A DNA stretch of 63,524 nt, filler included, from Basidiobolus ranarum (lineage: Eukaryota), in assembly GCA_040143965.1 (NCBI GenBank). It is 40 parts of 40 records of this genome, joined end to end, with 100 filler letters (N's around TTAATTAATTAA, not from the genome) between each part and the next. Parts side by side here need not be neighbours in the genome. Positions count along the whole stretch, not along the records: positions 23,933 to 25,424 come from JASJQH010005017.1; positions 25,525 to 27,016 come from JASJQH010005018.1; positions 27,117 to 28,607 come from JASJQH010005019.1; positions 28,708 to 30,198 come from JASJQH010005020.1; positions 30,299 to 31,789 come from JASJQH010005021.1; positions 31,890 to 33,380 come from JASJQH010005022.1; positions 33,481 to 34,970 come from JASJQH010005023.1; positions 35,071 to 36,560 come from JASJQH010005024.1; 32 more parts are not named here. One strand, written 5' to 3'. A program made the position numbers and the translations under genes. The notes beneath the pieces were generated by a model that saw only the letters and a list, made by a program, of their open reading frames with translations, had not been told where the DNA came from and searched no databases. Each line of letters starts with the position of its first letter. The first letter of the stretch is position 1. Positions 23,933 through 36,660 of this stretch are shown here, in pieces.

Positions 23933-25424
23933 AAGACCACCAATACTCACAGTTGACTCAAGTCCTATTGGAGCAGGTGCTCTTTTAGGCCAGAATGATG
24001 AAGCAGGCAACCAACATGCCTGCAGATATGAAAGCTGCTTATTCAACCCTAGGGAGCAGAGATATTCCCAGATCAAGAGAGAACTACTTGGAGCTGTAAA
24101 GATGATCAAGAAACTAAAGGCCCAACTCTATATGACTCACTTCATACTTGAAACAGACACAAGACCACTTATTAGGATGATCAACAAACCAGACATACCA
24201 TATGATGCAACCAACTGGTGGATGGCTTGGCTCAAGATGCTTGACTTTGAAGTAGAACACATAACAGGAAAAACAAATGTTGTTGCAGCTGGACTATCAA
24301 GAATGGGACCAAGACTTGGTGAAATACCCCTGATAACAACTTTGAAGACTCCCTTGATGCTGACATACATCAGGTATCTATCAGTACCTCTATACCTGAA
24401 GAATGGAAAGACATTCTCCATTATTTGACTACATTACAGAGACCCTACATCTTGGATCCCCAGCAGTTTGGAAACCTCAGGAGGAAAGCCCATCACTTTC
24501 TTGTAAGGGATGGACTACTTTTCAAGCAGGTTAAGGCAGGACAAGTACCAAGAAGAGTCATCTTTGACTCTAAAGAAAAGCAGAGGATCATTAAAGAGAT
24601 CCATGAAGGAGAACCAGGAGGACACCATAGGAGAGAGGCTACTTTTAAGAACTCAACACTAAGATACTATTGGATTAAACAATATCAGGATATCAAAGCA
24701 TATATGGAGACATGTGATGCATGCCAAAGGAGATCAACCAAAAGATACAAGGAACCACTTTACCCCACCTATGTACCAACACTATGGCAGAAGGTGGGAA
24801 TTGATCTTGTACATATGCCTACAGCTGGCAACAAAAAATATCTTGTTGTTGCCAGAGATGACCTTAGTGGTTGGGTGGAAGCCAGAGCTCTACCTAATAA
24901 CAAAGCAGAAACAGTTTGGAAGTTTATCTTTGAAGACATTATTTGCCACTATGGAACCATAGGACAATTCACTGCTGACCATGGAGCAATAATGTCACAG
25001 CTGATCCAGGACCTCTGCTTAAAGTATTCCTTACATATTGCACACATCACAGCTTATCATCTGCAGGCAAATGGGATGATAGAGAGAGGGCATGGACCCT
25101 TAGTGAACTCAATAGTCAAGTCCTGCCAAGGCAAATCACAACTTTGGCCACAAAAGTTACCCTTAGCACTATGGGCTGACAGGATCACTACAAAGAGAAC
25201 CACTGGAATGTTGCCCTACAGACTGATTTATTGACAAGAATGCACCTTTCCCATTGAAAAAAAGGCCACAACTTGGAACACTTTGAACTGGAAAACTAAC
25301 ATGACCACCAAAGAACTTCTCATCAACAGGATAGCCCAAATTGACAGACACCATGTTGATGTAGAAAAAGCTGCTGAAGAACTGAAGAAAGCCAGAAATG
25401 CTAACAAGGACTACTTTGACAAAA
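23933..25424 (+). mobile_element. Ty3/Gypsy RNase H and integrase (frameshifted)
   Basis: VDSSPIGAG..YSQIKRELL, HITGKTNVVA, H..GHH..CDACQR zinc finger, GIDLVHMP, ARDDLSGWVEA, QANGMIERGH. Confidence 0.93.
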
Positions 25425-25524
25425 NNNNNNNNNNNNNNNNNNNNNNNNNNNNNNNNNNNNNNNNNNNNTTAATTAATTAANNNNNNNNNNNNNNNNNNNN
25501 NNNNNNNNNNNNNNNNNNNNNNNN

Positions 25525-26033
25525 ATGGTATGGCTGTTCCTCCTTCTTCCAACGCTAGTACAATTGCTACAAGTAATGCCGGAATTGAGTCGATTGCTGC
25601 CACCCAAACTAGTCAGATAGTTACGCCAGCTCTATCATCAGATACAGCCTCGCTACAGACAGTCACACCAGCATCTAGCTCAACTAGTAGCATCGATTCT
25701 TCCAACACCATTCACTCAGGTACACAGTCAACCAACGCAGAGAGTTCATCGATAACTGGATCTCAATCCTCCACTTCCTCAGGGCAAGCCCCAATAGTAG
25801 CTTCTTGTACTGGCATCGGCTCATCTGCTCCTAGTAATGCAGAAATTTCCGCAACTGGAACAAATGGCATCCCAACACCATCACAATGCCTTCCATCAAG
25901 TGAAGTGACGGGTTCACCTACTACATTGCCATCTGGAATTGTCGGTGGCGCCTGGACTACTTCGTGGAGTAGTAGCTCCTGGTCGACATCATGGACTTCT
26001 TCACACAATCCTAAAGCAACCAGTGTACAATAA
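25525..26033 (+). CDS. Ser/Thr-rich (mucin-like) protein, C-terminal fragment
   Basis: Open S/T-rich frame ending ..WTTSWSSSSWSTSWTSSHNPKATSVQ*. CpG is retained as in host genes. Confidence 0.7.
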
Positions 26034-27116
26034 TTGTGAGGTGTATTTATATATGTTGGCGCAGTATCACATTTACAACTCACTTCTTAACGAAACCTTT
26101 GCGAATGAATTAACAAACTATCCACTACTTATAAGGGACTTCATTTTATTTATGAAGTTAACTCCATTTAAATTCATTACCATTTGGTTGTCTTAGAACG
26201 GATTGGTTACGATTAACGGAGTAAATGTTCAAAAAATACTATGACTAATTTGAAGTTAGCGGAATTAGTTTGGAGATTTCAGACTACGGGCTATCTTTTA
26301 CATTATCAGGAATTTCGTTGTTGGCTATATACTATTTTGCGATGCGATTCCAAGTAAATAGCGTAGTGTAGCAATTCAAAAACAAATTAAATTTGGTATG
26401 AAAAAATACACCGTCAACACTTCTGGTTTGAAAAGGTTCCCACTCTGGTGAGCATAGATCAAGAGTTATACTATCAAATACTCAAATACATATTTGATTT
26501 TCATACCTTTGACCAATGTTCGATATTCGAATATCTTGGATTTTAGCTTCTTTTAAACTGTCATGCTTCATACTTACACTGATAAGTACTTATAAACAAC
26601 CAAAAAAATAGCTTCTCCAAATATGGATATTCCATATTGCCCACACAACTTTAACCTTTTAACACATGTGGCCATATGCTAACTTAGTACTCCAATTCAA
26701 TAATTAAACACTTCTGATCTCGCTTAGACCTAATAAATTTACAAGAATTAAGCTTGACCTAAATATGACATAAAAGTTCGTACGCTAGTCTTGTTAATAG
26801 CATGGACCGAGATATTATAGAAGGAAGCCTCGGTACGTATCTTGTTAACATCCTATTAGTTTCATAAGCCTCTTGGCCTAAATTTACCTGCAGGCAATCG
26901 CTAAACATTTTCGTATTTTCTTTGACAATCTTAAGCTGAATGGTTCATAGTGCGCTGTCCGTTAAGGAAAGTGTGAAGTTGATTGGTTTGACTCTCAGAA
27001 ACCTTTCCTTTGAATANNNNNNNNNNNNNNNNNNNNNNNNNNNNNNNNNNNNNNNNNNNNTTAATTAATTAANNNNNNNNNNNNNNNNNNNNNNNNNNNN
27101 NNNNNNNNNNNNNNNN

Positions 27117-28074
27117 TGGGCTGGTGATGAGTTGGATACTTTGCAGGTTGGCAAATATGGACTAGGAGGTGGAGTTTGCTTGAACGTCATAATCTTCTTC
27201 TTCCAATTGATTACTGGGTTGTGCTGCATGAGCCATGAGATACCAAGGATGACTGGGTGGTGAGGTGAAGAAATGATATTAAAGGCTATTTCTTCTTGAT
27301 GAGCAGTGGACATGAGTGTCATAAAGGTTGTCTCATGTGTTACAGCACCTGATGATAGCAGCCTTCCATCAATTACTTCTACAAGGACTGGACTAGATTT
27401 CTTGATTGTTGGGATAGAGTGGGATTTTACAAAGGCAGAGTCAATAAAACAGGAGGAAGCACCTGAATCAAGAAGTGCAGTTGTTTTTATTGACTTGGAA
27501 TTTGGTAGCAGGAGTGTAATGGGCAGCTTTAATGATTGGTATGACTGCAGAGATTGCAATGTATGGTGAAGATACATTTTTGAAGATGGTTTGCCCAACT
27601 GCATGCCCATTATTGCAGCTGGGTGTTGAAGTTTTCCAAGGGTTGGGAAGAGTTCTCTTCTACTTGCATATTGTTGATCTTAAATCCAGGATTCTTTTTT
27701 GGACAGGTTCTTGCTACATGTCCAGGAGCTCCACAATAGAGGCATAGATTCTCTTGTTGGCGTCAATATTTCTCCTCAGGGCTAAGCTTTCTGAAGCAAG
27801 TTCCATCAATTTGCACTTGGTCATCAGCTTGAGCTGCATTTTGTATTCAATGGAAGGGGGGTTTGAAAGTAGATGATGAAGGAGAGAAGAAGGGAGCCCT
27901 ATTTCTTTGTTGTTGTCTTTCAAACAACCAGTTGTTACATTTAACTGCCTGGTGGATAGCATCAGTACAGGTCACTGGCTCAGCCATAGTGAGTAAAAGG
28001 TCCTTAATATTTTCTTAGAGTACATATTGGAATTGGTTGATCAGGGCAGATTCTCCCCAATTGAGATCACAGGC
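27117..28074 (-). pseudogene. Ty3/Gypsy (Tf1/sushi-like) gag knuckle and protease
   Basis: LCLYCGAPGHVARTCP, ALLDSGASSCFID, PVILGISWL..HNPVINW. Confidence 0.92.
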
Positions 28075-28607
28075 CCCTAACTAATATAAAATCGATTTGA
28101 TCCAGATTGGATCCACCCTCCAAAAGAGCAAAACTGTCAGAGAACCATCACAATATTGGTGGCTAGCATTCTGCCAGGGATTTTGATGGTGTGACAGCAG
28201 TTTCTTGATGGTATCTTAATGTATTCATACATGTTAAAATATTGATCCTCAAATTTGGCATGCATTATTCAATATCCAGCTATTTTTGCAAAGATACAAT
28301 TTTTGAATGGCAAATTACTGGGTTACTGCTGTAGGAATTTGAGGTAATATACATGCCTTTATTTAGATATTTTAGGCCATGTATTCCAGCCATAATGAGA
28401 ATCAAAAAATACAAGATTCTTGTTGTGTTTACTCTACATATGCACATACTTGACTGATTAGACTTAACTCAACAACATTAATATGCTTAACCAGCTAACT
28501 AACGGTGGAAAAATTGCTAAACATCTGAAATTTTGAATAGCACTGACACTTGGCAAATAGCTGACTCTTGTTACCATTCACAATGAGAATAAGCTCTTGG
28601 ATTTTGG
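28075..28607 (-). mobile_element. CACTA-type element, transposase-side end (CCCTAAC...)
   Basis: Abrupt junction with Gypsy gag. Homologous to the ends at 44259, 51523 and 28953. Confidence 0.85.
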
Positions 28608-28707
28608 NNNNNNNNNNNNNNNNNNNNNNNNNNNNNNNNNNNNNNNNNNNNTTAATTAATTAANNNNNNNNNNNNNNNNNNNNNNNNNNNNNNNNNNNNN
28701 NNNNNNN

Positions 28708-28953
28708 AGTAATTTGCCATTCAAAAATTATATTTTTGCAAAAATTGCTGGATATTGAATAACGCATGCCAAATTTGAGGATCAATATTTTAACATGTAT
28801 GAATACCGCCAAGATACCATCAAGAAACCGCCGTCACACCATCAAAATCCCTGGCAGAATGCAAGCCAACAATATTGTGACGGTTCTCTGACGGTTTTGC
28901 TATTTCGGAGGGTGGATCCGATCTGGATCAAATTGATTTTATTTTTGTTAGGG
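28708..28953 (+). mobile_element. CACTA-type end, CpG-retaining (young) copy
   Basis: Ends ...ATTTTTGTTAGGG. It has CG where sister copies have TG or CA. Confidence 0.85.
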
Positions 28954-29692
28954 AAGGGCCAGGGTGGGTTTTTCTTGCTATTCCAAGATATGGCTGCTTC
29001 ACTATAGAGCAAGATATATCACGTAATAGATCTTCTGTCCTCAGTATCATAACCCAAATCTGTTTCACTAAACCCAATTAGATCCTTATTCTCATAAGAA
29101 TATGTGTATCTTAATCCCATATCAATTGTCCACATCAAATGTCTGAAAAACCACTTAACTGCTACATAATGCTCAGATCCTGGGTTTTGCACATGTTGGC
29201 TACCTACTTCCACTGCAAGAGAGATTTCTGGCCAGGTTCTAGTGATGGCAAAGATCAAACTACCTTCAAAAGATTGATAAGGGAACTCAGGGCTTTCATA
29301 TGACATATTTTGAGTCATGTTTCGCCAATTTTCATCATTTTTGCTGGAATTTTTGACTAGTTTCACCCCTAGATCCATGGGAGTTGCTACTGGCTTACAA
29401 TTCTCCATCCAGTAATGTCTAAGAATGTCTGAGATGTAATTAGATTGACTCAGAGTAATAGATTTGCTCAGTATATCTGTATGGATCTGCAGGCCCAAAC
29501 AATTCATAAGTTCACCAAAATTGGTCATCTTGAATTGGACTGATAGATCTCTTTTGGTGTTCCTAGAGCTTCATCATTATGGTAGCTATTATCAGATCAT
29601 TTACATATAAGGCAGGTATCATCTTACCGTCCTTTGTTGTCATAAAGTAGATCCCAAAATCCACCATACTCTTTAGGAAATTTAGAGATTTC
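28954..29692 (-). pseudogene. Copia RT-RNase H fragment
   Basis: CKPVATPMD, PYQSFEGSLIF..TWPEIS, DRRSIT. Confidence 0.92.
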
Positions 29693-30198
29693 TCCTAACA
29701 GAACTTTGAGGATTGTTTTTGTAGGAAAACCATCACAATTTTAATCTATTTGGGATTGACTATTTACTTACCATCATAAAATCATCAAGTTAGATTTGAT
29801 TTTAATCCATTTTTTCAGTTTTGGGAGTTTAATTTCAAGATCTTGCAAAATAGTTGCACATGATTGGCTACAATCACAGAGAACTAAGGATCAACACATT
29901 TGCAAAAAACATAACTCAAATTTTATACAATTACCACTTGAATGCTAATTTGTCATCTTCAAAATCCCTAGTCTCTTTGATATATTTTCCTGAATATTTT
30001 TATAGAGTTCTTCATACCCAAGGTTTAGCTCATACTCAACACAAGTTTGTATCAATATCTCCATCAAAGCCCACCATTGTATTAATGTTGCTGAATCAAC
30101 ATTCTTCCAGCTATCTGGCAGATATCCTGCAATATTGTGCCACTCTGTATTAAGTTCTTCCCAGATATCTGCATGGTCAATGCCACACTGAATGTCAA
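29693..30198 (-). mobile_element. CACTA-type element, accessory-ORF end
   Basis: Starts TCCTAACAGAA and is homologous to 15030-15532. Confidence 0.78.
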
Positions 30199-30458
30199 NN
30201 NNNNNNNNNNNNNNNNNNNNNNNNNNNNNNNNNNNNNNNNNNTTAATTAATTAANNNNNNNNNNNNNNNNNNNNNNNNNNNNNNNNNNNNNNNNNNNNAT
30301 GCCATATTTGTGCAGATATGTGCAGAACATTTTATTATCAAAATGCACATGTTTTGAGCAATACAATAAGCATAGTAACTTTGCCATCATGAGTGTTGTG
30401 GGGAAGCATTGAAGTATTGGAAATATGCTTGTTTAATCACAATTGGGCACTTGTTGAC

Positions 30459-31789
30459 CCCTCACAAAAATAAATTCAATTCTATGTAAATTAGATCCAC
30501 CTTTCTGGAGCATAAGATCATAAGAAAACCATCACAAAATTGGTGGCTTGCATTCTGCCTGACATTTTGATGGTGAAATGCTGTCTTATTAACAGCATTA
30601 TGATAGTAATCTCACAAAGTGAAATATTGATCCGCATATTTGGGATGCATTATGTTATTTCCAACAATTTTCACAAAAAACCCATTTTAGATATTTTGGG
30701 CTTTGTATTCCAGCTACAGTGAGAATCAAAGAACACAAGAATCATGTGTTGTTTAGCCTCTACATATACATGCACTTGACTGATCAGTCAAAACTCAACA
30801 ACATCAAACACTTTACCAGCAAACTAATGGGGAAAAATTTGCCAAACATCTGAGATACACAGTATCACTGACACTTGGCAAATTGCTGACTCTTATTATA
30901 CACTGTTGTATTTTGGCTAATTTCCAAAAAGAATTCAGTCAAAATATCCGCAACTTATAGTTAACAAATGTCCTCCCACAAGTAGCTGTGTCACTATATG
31001 AACAGATTACTCCATGGCTAAAACAGCAACATTGTATGTTAAGATTTATTTTGCCCAGTAGTCAGTCTTGCAGTTTCCCCAGAAAAACTGTCAAATTATG
31101 AAATGAGTAAAGTTGTCCAAAATATAGGTGTACTTGCTCTGAGTCCATGGATTAGGTTTTGTTGTTGTTACTGTGCCCCTAACAAAAAAATTAGATTTGC
31201 ATTACATCCTATTTTCCTACTGTTTTATAATGGTATTATGCTGGTATTGCAACAATTCTCTTATGGTTTCTCTACCAGTCTTCTTTTCCTCCCATTTTCT
31301 TATGGTGGTACTACCCCTATATTTGTGTTTTCTCTGGTTTTCCTCTGGTATTCATACCCATATTCTTCATAGGGTGCTCAAACAATGCAAAACTTACAAA
31401 GAATGTATAACAAGGGCCTATAATCCCTCAGAATTGTGAGAGATACAGCAGGAAATGTATTGAAATCTGGCATAGATTGAACTTATCTTTAAATCTGTGA
31501 TCCATTTCTTCATATCCAATTACAAAATCTTTGCACAGTTGCTGCATCTGCCTGAGATCTGCCAATGTGAATTAATGCCATAAGAATATCCCTAACAGAA
31601 ATTTGAGTATTACCATTGTCACAAAACTGTCACAATTTTGATTGATTTTGGAGTGAACATTTACTTACTGTTACAAAATCTACAATTTGTATTTAAATTT
31701 AATCAATTTTTTCAGGTTCAGGAGTTGCACATGATTGGCTAGAGTCTCAGAGAACTATGGTCCATGAACAACACATGTGCAAAAAATAT
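30459..31789 (-). mobile_element. Nested CACTA-type fragments (termini at 30459, 31177 and 31590)
   Basis: CCCT(A/C)-starting junctions and transposase C-terminal remnants. Confidence 0.8.
31177..31374. mobile_element. 198-bp non-autonomous CACTA-type element (MITE-like) with TGC TSD
   Basis: TGC|CCCTAACAAAAAAAT...ATATTCTTCATAGGG|TGC. An empty site is visible in the sister copy near 52312. Confidence 0.85.
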
Positions 31790-32142
31790 NNNNNNNNNNN
31801 NNNNNNNNNNNNNNNNNNNNNNNNNNNNNNNNNTTAATTAATTAANNNNNNNNNNNNNNNNNNNNNNNNNNNNNNNNNNNNNNNNNNNNTTCCAATTTTC
31901 AGTTAAGTGATATTTGACTAAGTAATGCTAACTAACTTATATCTGATATATGAGATAGTTAGGTGTACAAAGATAGAGATAACAAATAGGATAAGGACAA
32001 TAAACTTCAACAAATATTATTCATCAATGAAGCTGAATAATTTTCACTTGCTTCAAGCCCAGTATGCAAGTTTCTGCCACTTTTATCACCATTGATCATG
32101 CTTTGGAATCAAAATGGGTACTAACTTTTGTAATAACAAGAT

Positions 32143-33235
32143 TGTTGGAGGATTATGACATAATGGGGGTAGACTTTGAGTATTAGAAGCAACTTATGAT
32201 AGTGTGTTTTAGTTACTTTATTCTTAAGAGTATATGGTGGCATATATAGTGGAAAAGTAAATCAATTGTTTGAGATATTCAGGAGTTTTTGTAATAGGAT
32301 ATAATAGATAAGTGGGGGTAATAAGACAAACTTGTTATATAGATATAGAGTATTCCTATTTGGAATATTGGGGCTATAGATACATTGCTCTCTGTTTCTG
32401 ATATATGTATTGTAACTAAAGTTAACTATGATGTTGAATAATGATACATTATCCAACACCTTCCCTTAATTCTTATTCAGCTTTGTGCTTATATTCCCTA
32501 ATGCCTTTTCCTGCTCTTAACTTCTCTATGCTTGAAGTTTTGAGTGGTTTTGTTAGTATATCTGCCAGCATGTTTTCAGCATTAAAATAAATAAAGTTCA
32601 CGTCTTTGTCTCAAACTTTCTCTCATATATAATGATGTCTTATCTCAATGTGTTTCATCCTTGTGTGATGCTTGGGATTCTTGGTGATCTGAATACAACT
32701 GCTATTATCTTGATATATTGGGGTAGGAATAACTTGATCATTTCCTAGTTCCTTGAGAAGACTCCTTAGCCATATAGCTTCTTGAACAGCCATAGAGCTT
32801 GGCATAAATTCTGCTTTTGTAGTTGATAATGCAACAGTTTGTTGTTTCTTGCTAATCCAGCTTATTGGCCCACCTGCTAACTTAAACACATATCCAGTTC
32901 TGGATTTATAGTCTTGCATATCAATAGCCCAGTCTGCATCAGCATATCCATACAAAGTAAGTGACATGTTATACTGCTTACTAAATTGAATTCCAAGATG
33001 TCTTGTTCCATTCAGATAGCATATTATCTGTTAAACAGCTGTCCAATGTTCCATTGCAGGTTTTTCCATATATTTGCTTACTATGCTTACTGCTGTAGCA
33101 ATATCAGGCCAAGTACCGGTTGTTGAATATTTGAGACTTCCAACTGCACTATGGTAAGGAATATGTTTCATGATTTCAATAACTTTGGAGGTCTTTGGTT
33201 CCATATTCTTAGTGAGTTTCAGCATACGTAGTGGA
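32143..33235 (-). mobile_element. 3' end of Copia family B: RT/RNase H, PPT (AAGGGAAGG, 32459-32467), complete 3' LTR 32143-32458
   Basis: YADADWA..KSRTGYVF..WISKKQQTVALST..RMKHIEIRHHYI, then a purine tract abutting TGTTGG. Confidence 0.93.
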
Positions 33236-33480
33236 TTTGAAGCTGTTTTACTGTCATGATTCTGCTCTCGGCATACTGATCCACTACATATGGAACTCTT
33301 CTATTATTAGATTATGACATCATATCTACTGTGCCATCCCTTCTTGGCAATCTGGTGTCAGTTCATCCAGATTACCTTATNNNNNNNNNNNNNNNNNNNN
33401 NNNNNNNNNNNNNNNNNNNNNNNNTTAATTAATTAANNNNNNNNNNNNNNNNNNNNNNNNNNNNNNNNNNNNNNNNNNNN

Positions 33481-33735
33481 GGTAGCTCCAACTTTACCTT
33501 CAGCTTGCATTTGTTCGTTACCGATGGCTGAACCGACAGTATCCTTAACATTTCCCTTGAGTTTCTCACCAGCACCTTGAGCATATCCTTGAGCTTGAGC
33601 GGCCTTGTATTCGGCATCAGCTTGGGCTTGCTTGGCTGCTCCTTCAGCCTTCATTTGTTCGTTACCGAGAACTCCACCAGCGGTTTCTTGAACGTAACCA
33701 GCGGCGTATTTAGCGTTAGCGTTGATTTTATCCAT
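33481..33735 (-). CDS. CsbD-like (Hmp1-type) stress protein, 3'-truncated
   Basis: MDKINANAKYAAGYVQETAGGVLGNEQMKAEG..GEKLKGNVKDTVGSAIGNEQMQAEGK contains two CsbD repeats. TATAAAAG lies at 33790-33797. Confidence 0.88.
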
Positions 33736-34873
33736 GTTGAGGTAGTTGTAGAATGTTACTTTGTTGATTATTTGACTGTTTCTTTTCACCTTTTATATTG
33801 CCAAAACTTAATAAGTTTCACATTGTATATGAATATTTCCAGTATGACACGTATGCCTTGCAGAAGTTCCCTTCACATGAGTACGTGCACTTTTACTCCC
33901 TATCGGAAAAGTATCCCTTCGTGACGTAGTTTTGCTGGTATACATTTATCGGCAGTTAATTTCCATTATTAGCCAAGATCTGTAAATATAGCTAGCTCGA
34001 TTGTGACGTAGGATAGATTACGTATCACAGCATTGCATCTATTTGAGGAGTTGAATGGTTCTAAACTCAAATGTTGACACATGAGAACAAGGTTGTTCTG
34101 TAAATGGTATCAAAACTAGACGTAGGCCAAGGATGTATTTCCCAGAGGGCTCATATCTTGGTAAGCTAACTAGTTAACTTAGTCCCACTATCGAGCAATT
34201 TGGTAGCAATCATCGCCGATTAATTCTTCCTATCTTTATGTTGTTGAATCAAACTACTCGGGATTATTTGAATCACTGGTTTTAAAACCTTATAGTGTAG
34301 CGTAAGATAATAAACTGTTTACATAGTACGAATAGATATGCATATGATGTAGTCACCGTGTTAATTAATAGAATTTTTATAGAGAATGAAGCATAAGTAA
34401 GTGTTAAATTTATTTCCATCTAAATGTGAAGAGATGTACACACAGTCTACTATAAATAAATATACGATCCGAATTGCGACTCAATCGCAATGACGTTACC
34501 AAAGCTAATTGCTCGAAATAAAAGTACTGTATTAAGCCATAACTTGTCAAACACTTTTATTTCATATGATATAGGAGCAGTACCTGTTATCACATCAATG
34601 TCTACTGGCTGACTATGAATCAATATTTAACAATAGGGGAGTAAATCATCTAAGCCACTGCCTCATCTAGTTTTAGTTCAAATCAAAATTCACAATCGGC
34701 GATATACCTTAGTACGGATGATGGGGCTAGGGTTAGGGGTAACAACATTGCATTAGATGATTGCTCTACCAAGGCCATCGTAATATATTTATCAATCGAT
34801 AGATGAGTTCTTATTCAGGATTTTTGACCAATGGGGCTTTATTACATTTATGATACAAATATCTTGGAGCTAA

Positions 34874-34970
34874 TTAGTCGGAATTTGCATTCATACGAGC
34901 TTCTCCCTTAGTGGCTCCTACTTTACCTTCAGCTTGCATTTGTTCGTTACCGATGGCTGAACCGACAGTA
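34874..34970 (-). CDS. 3' end of a second, tandem CsbD-like gene
   Basis: TVGSAIGNEQMQAEGKVGATKGEARMNANSD*. Near-identical to 33481-33540 with synonymous differences. Confidence 0.85.
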
Positions 34971-35070
34971 NNNNNNNNNNNNNNNNNNNNNNNNNNNNNN
35001 NNNNNNNNNNNNNNTTAATTAATTAANNNNNNNNNNNNNNNNNNNNNNNNNNNNNNNNNNNNNNNNNNNN

Positions 35071-35557
35071 AACTCTTCTATTATTAGATTATGACATCAT
35101 ATCTACTGTGCCATCCCTTCTTGGCAATCTGGTGTCAGTTCATCCAGGTTACCTTATATGGAAGTCATGTTCTTTGGAACAATCCATGAAACCTAACCAA
35201 TCATGTCATCCCACACATAGTGTATTTCTGCCAAGACCTTTCATGGATGGCCACCTGTTCACCCTTACATCATCCCTCTTTGTATTGGTCCTTGTAGTCC
35301 TCAACACCCAACACTCAAACTTGCCACATTATATTCCCTATTCAGTATATTAGGTTTCACCCTGCAATATCTATATAAGCCCCATGTATTCCTTGATCAG
35401 ACTGAGATCTGATCAACAACATTTATCAATAATGCTTCTTGACACAGTATCTTACCTGTCAAGTCTTGTCTTGTCTTCTGGTCTACACCCAAGTACTCTC
35501 CTGCCTTCTAGCCTCTTGTCATTGTTTCCAGTCCTTGTCCAGTTCCTTATTGAGACA
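35071..35557 (+). mobile_element. LTR family E, nearly complete, inserted in CACTA transposase
   Basis: Ends TTATTGAGACA and contains TATATAAG. Confidence 0.85.
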
Positions 35558-36560
35558 CTGAGTAAGTAGTATGGAAATGTTGTTGAATAGTAAGTGCATA
35601 GTGCCAAATGGGAATATCTGCCTCCCACTGATCCCCTTTAGCAAAATGATCTTAGGATTATAGCTAATACCAAGTTTGATGTTAAACTGACTATCTGGTG
35701 AATTGATATCAGTGATCATGTTGAAATCTGACCAGGCTCTGGATGACAAAATCATGGAGATAAGTATTGTACTTGGATAGTAGAAATGTGCATGCCTGAT
35801 AGAGTAGACCTCATTGATTTGACACAATCTAGAGCAAGATACTGCATTAGGCCAGCAAAAGGCTCCAAGTTTACTGATGGCACCAGTGTCACCAATATAT
35901 ACAATGATATTAGCTTTAACAAAATATTCACCCATCTGAACCCCATTAGATAACCATTCAAATTCTTGCAATCAAAGGCTCCAAGAAGCTCTCTATAAGC
36001 ACTGGTGATTTAAGTCCTGATATGATGGAGAGTATCAAAATATTATGACTCTTATACCATTCCAAAGGAGGAGAATTCAAGCTAATTAAAATTATAAGAC
36101 AGCAACCTTTCCAATGGTATGTTTGTTAAGTGGGAAACCATCCAGAGTGAATGCAAATGCATGAGCATACATGTTCTCAAAGAAACCTTAACTTTTCAAA
36201 TTCTGGTAGTGATATCAATCATGTAAATTGGTAATGCCATCAGCTTTATGGTGAGTAGTTTGGTATTGGATCAATGATTGATATTGGGGTGATTGCATCA
36301 AAACTTTAAGATAGGGAACCAATGGTATATATACCCAATATGAACAATATTTACCTGATTCAGTGATCCCCAATTGTGTGCAAACAGTATCTGACTTCAG
36401 GTTTTTCAGATCACCAGTGAAAGCCAAACAACCATTTGGACATGAAGGTAGTTAAATTACTGAAGGATTATAAGTCATACAATTGACAAGTGTTTTCCAC
36501 TTGTACCAGGTCTGTGGCAAGCAACAGTTGCCAATCAACTGTGGTAAAAGTGTAAGAAAA
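35558..36560 (-). pseudogene. CACTA/EnSpm (Transposase_21-like) transposase, decayed
   Basis: TLDGF, IGDTGAISKL, CSRLC, FPFGTMHLLFNNI. Confidence 0.87.
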
Positions 36561-36660
36561 NNNNNNNNNNNNNNNNNNNNNNNNNNNNNNNNNNNNNNNN
36601 NNNNTTAATTAATTAANNNNNNNNNNNNNNNNNNNNNNNNNNNNNNNNNNNNNNNNNNNN

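Noticed and set aside
34722-34742. GGGGCTAGGGTTAGGGG as a telomere seed
   Set aside because: Only about two imperfect units, internal to a contig, and compatible with chance.
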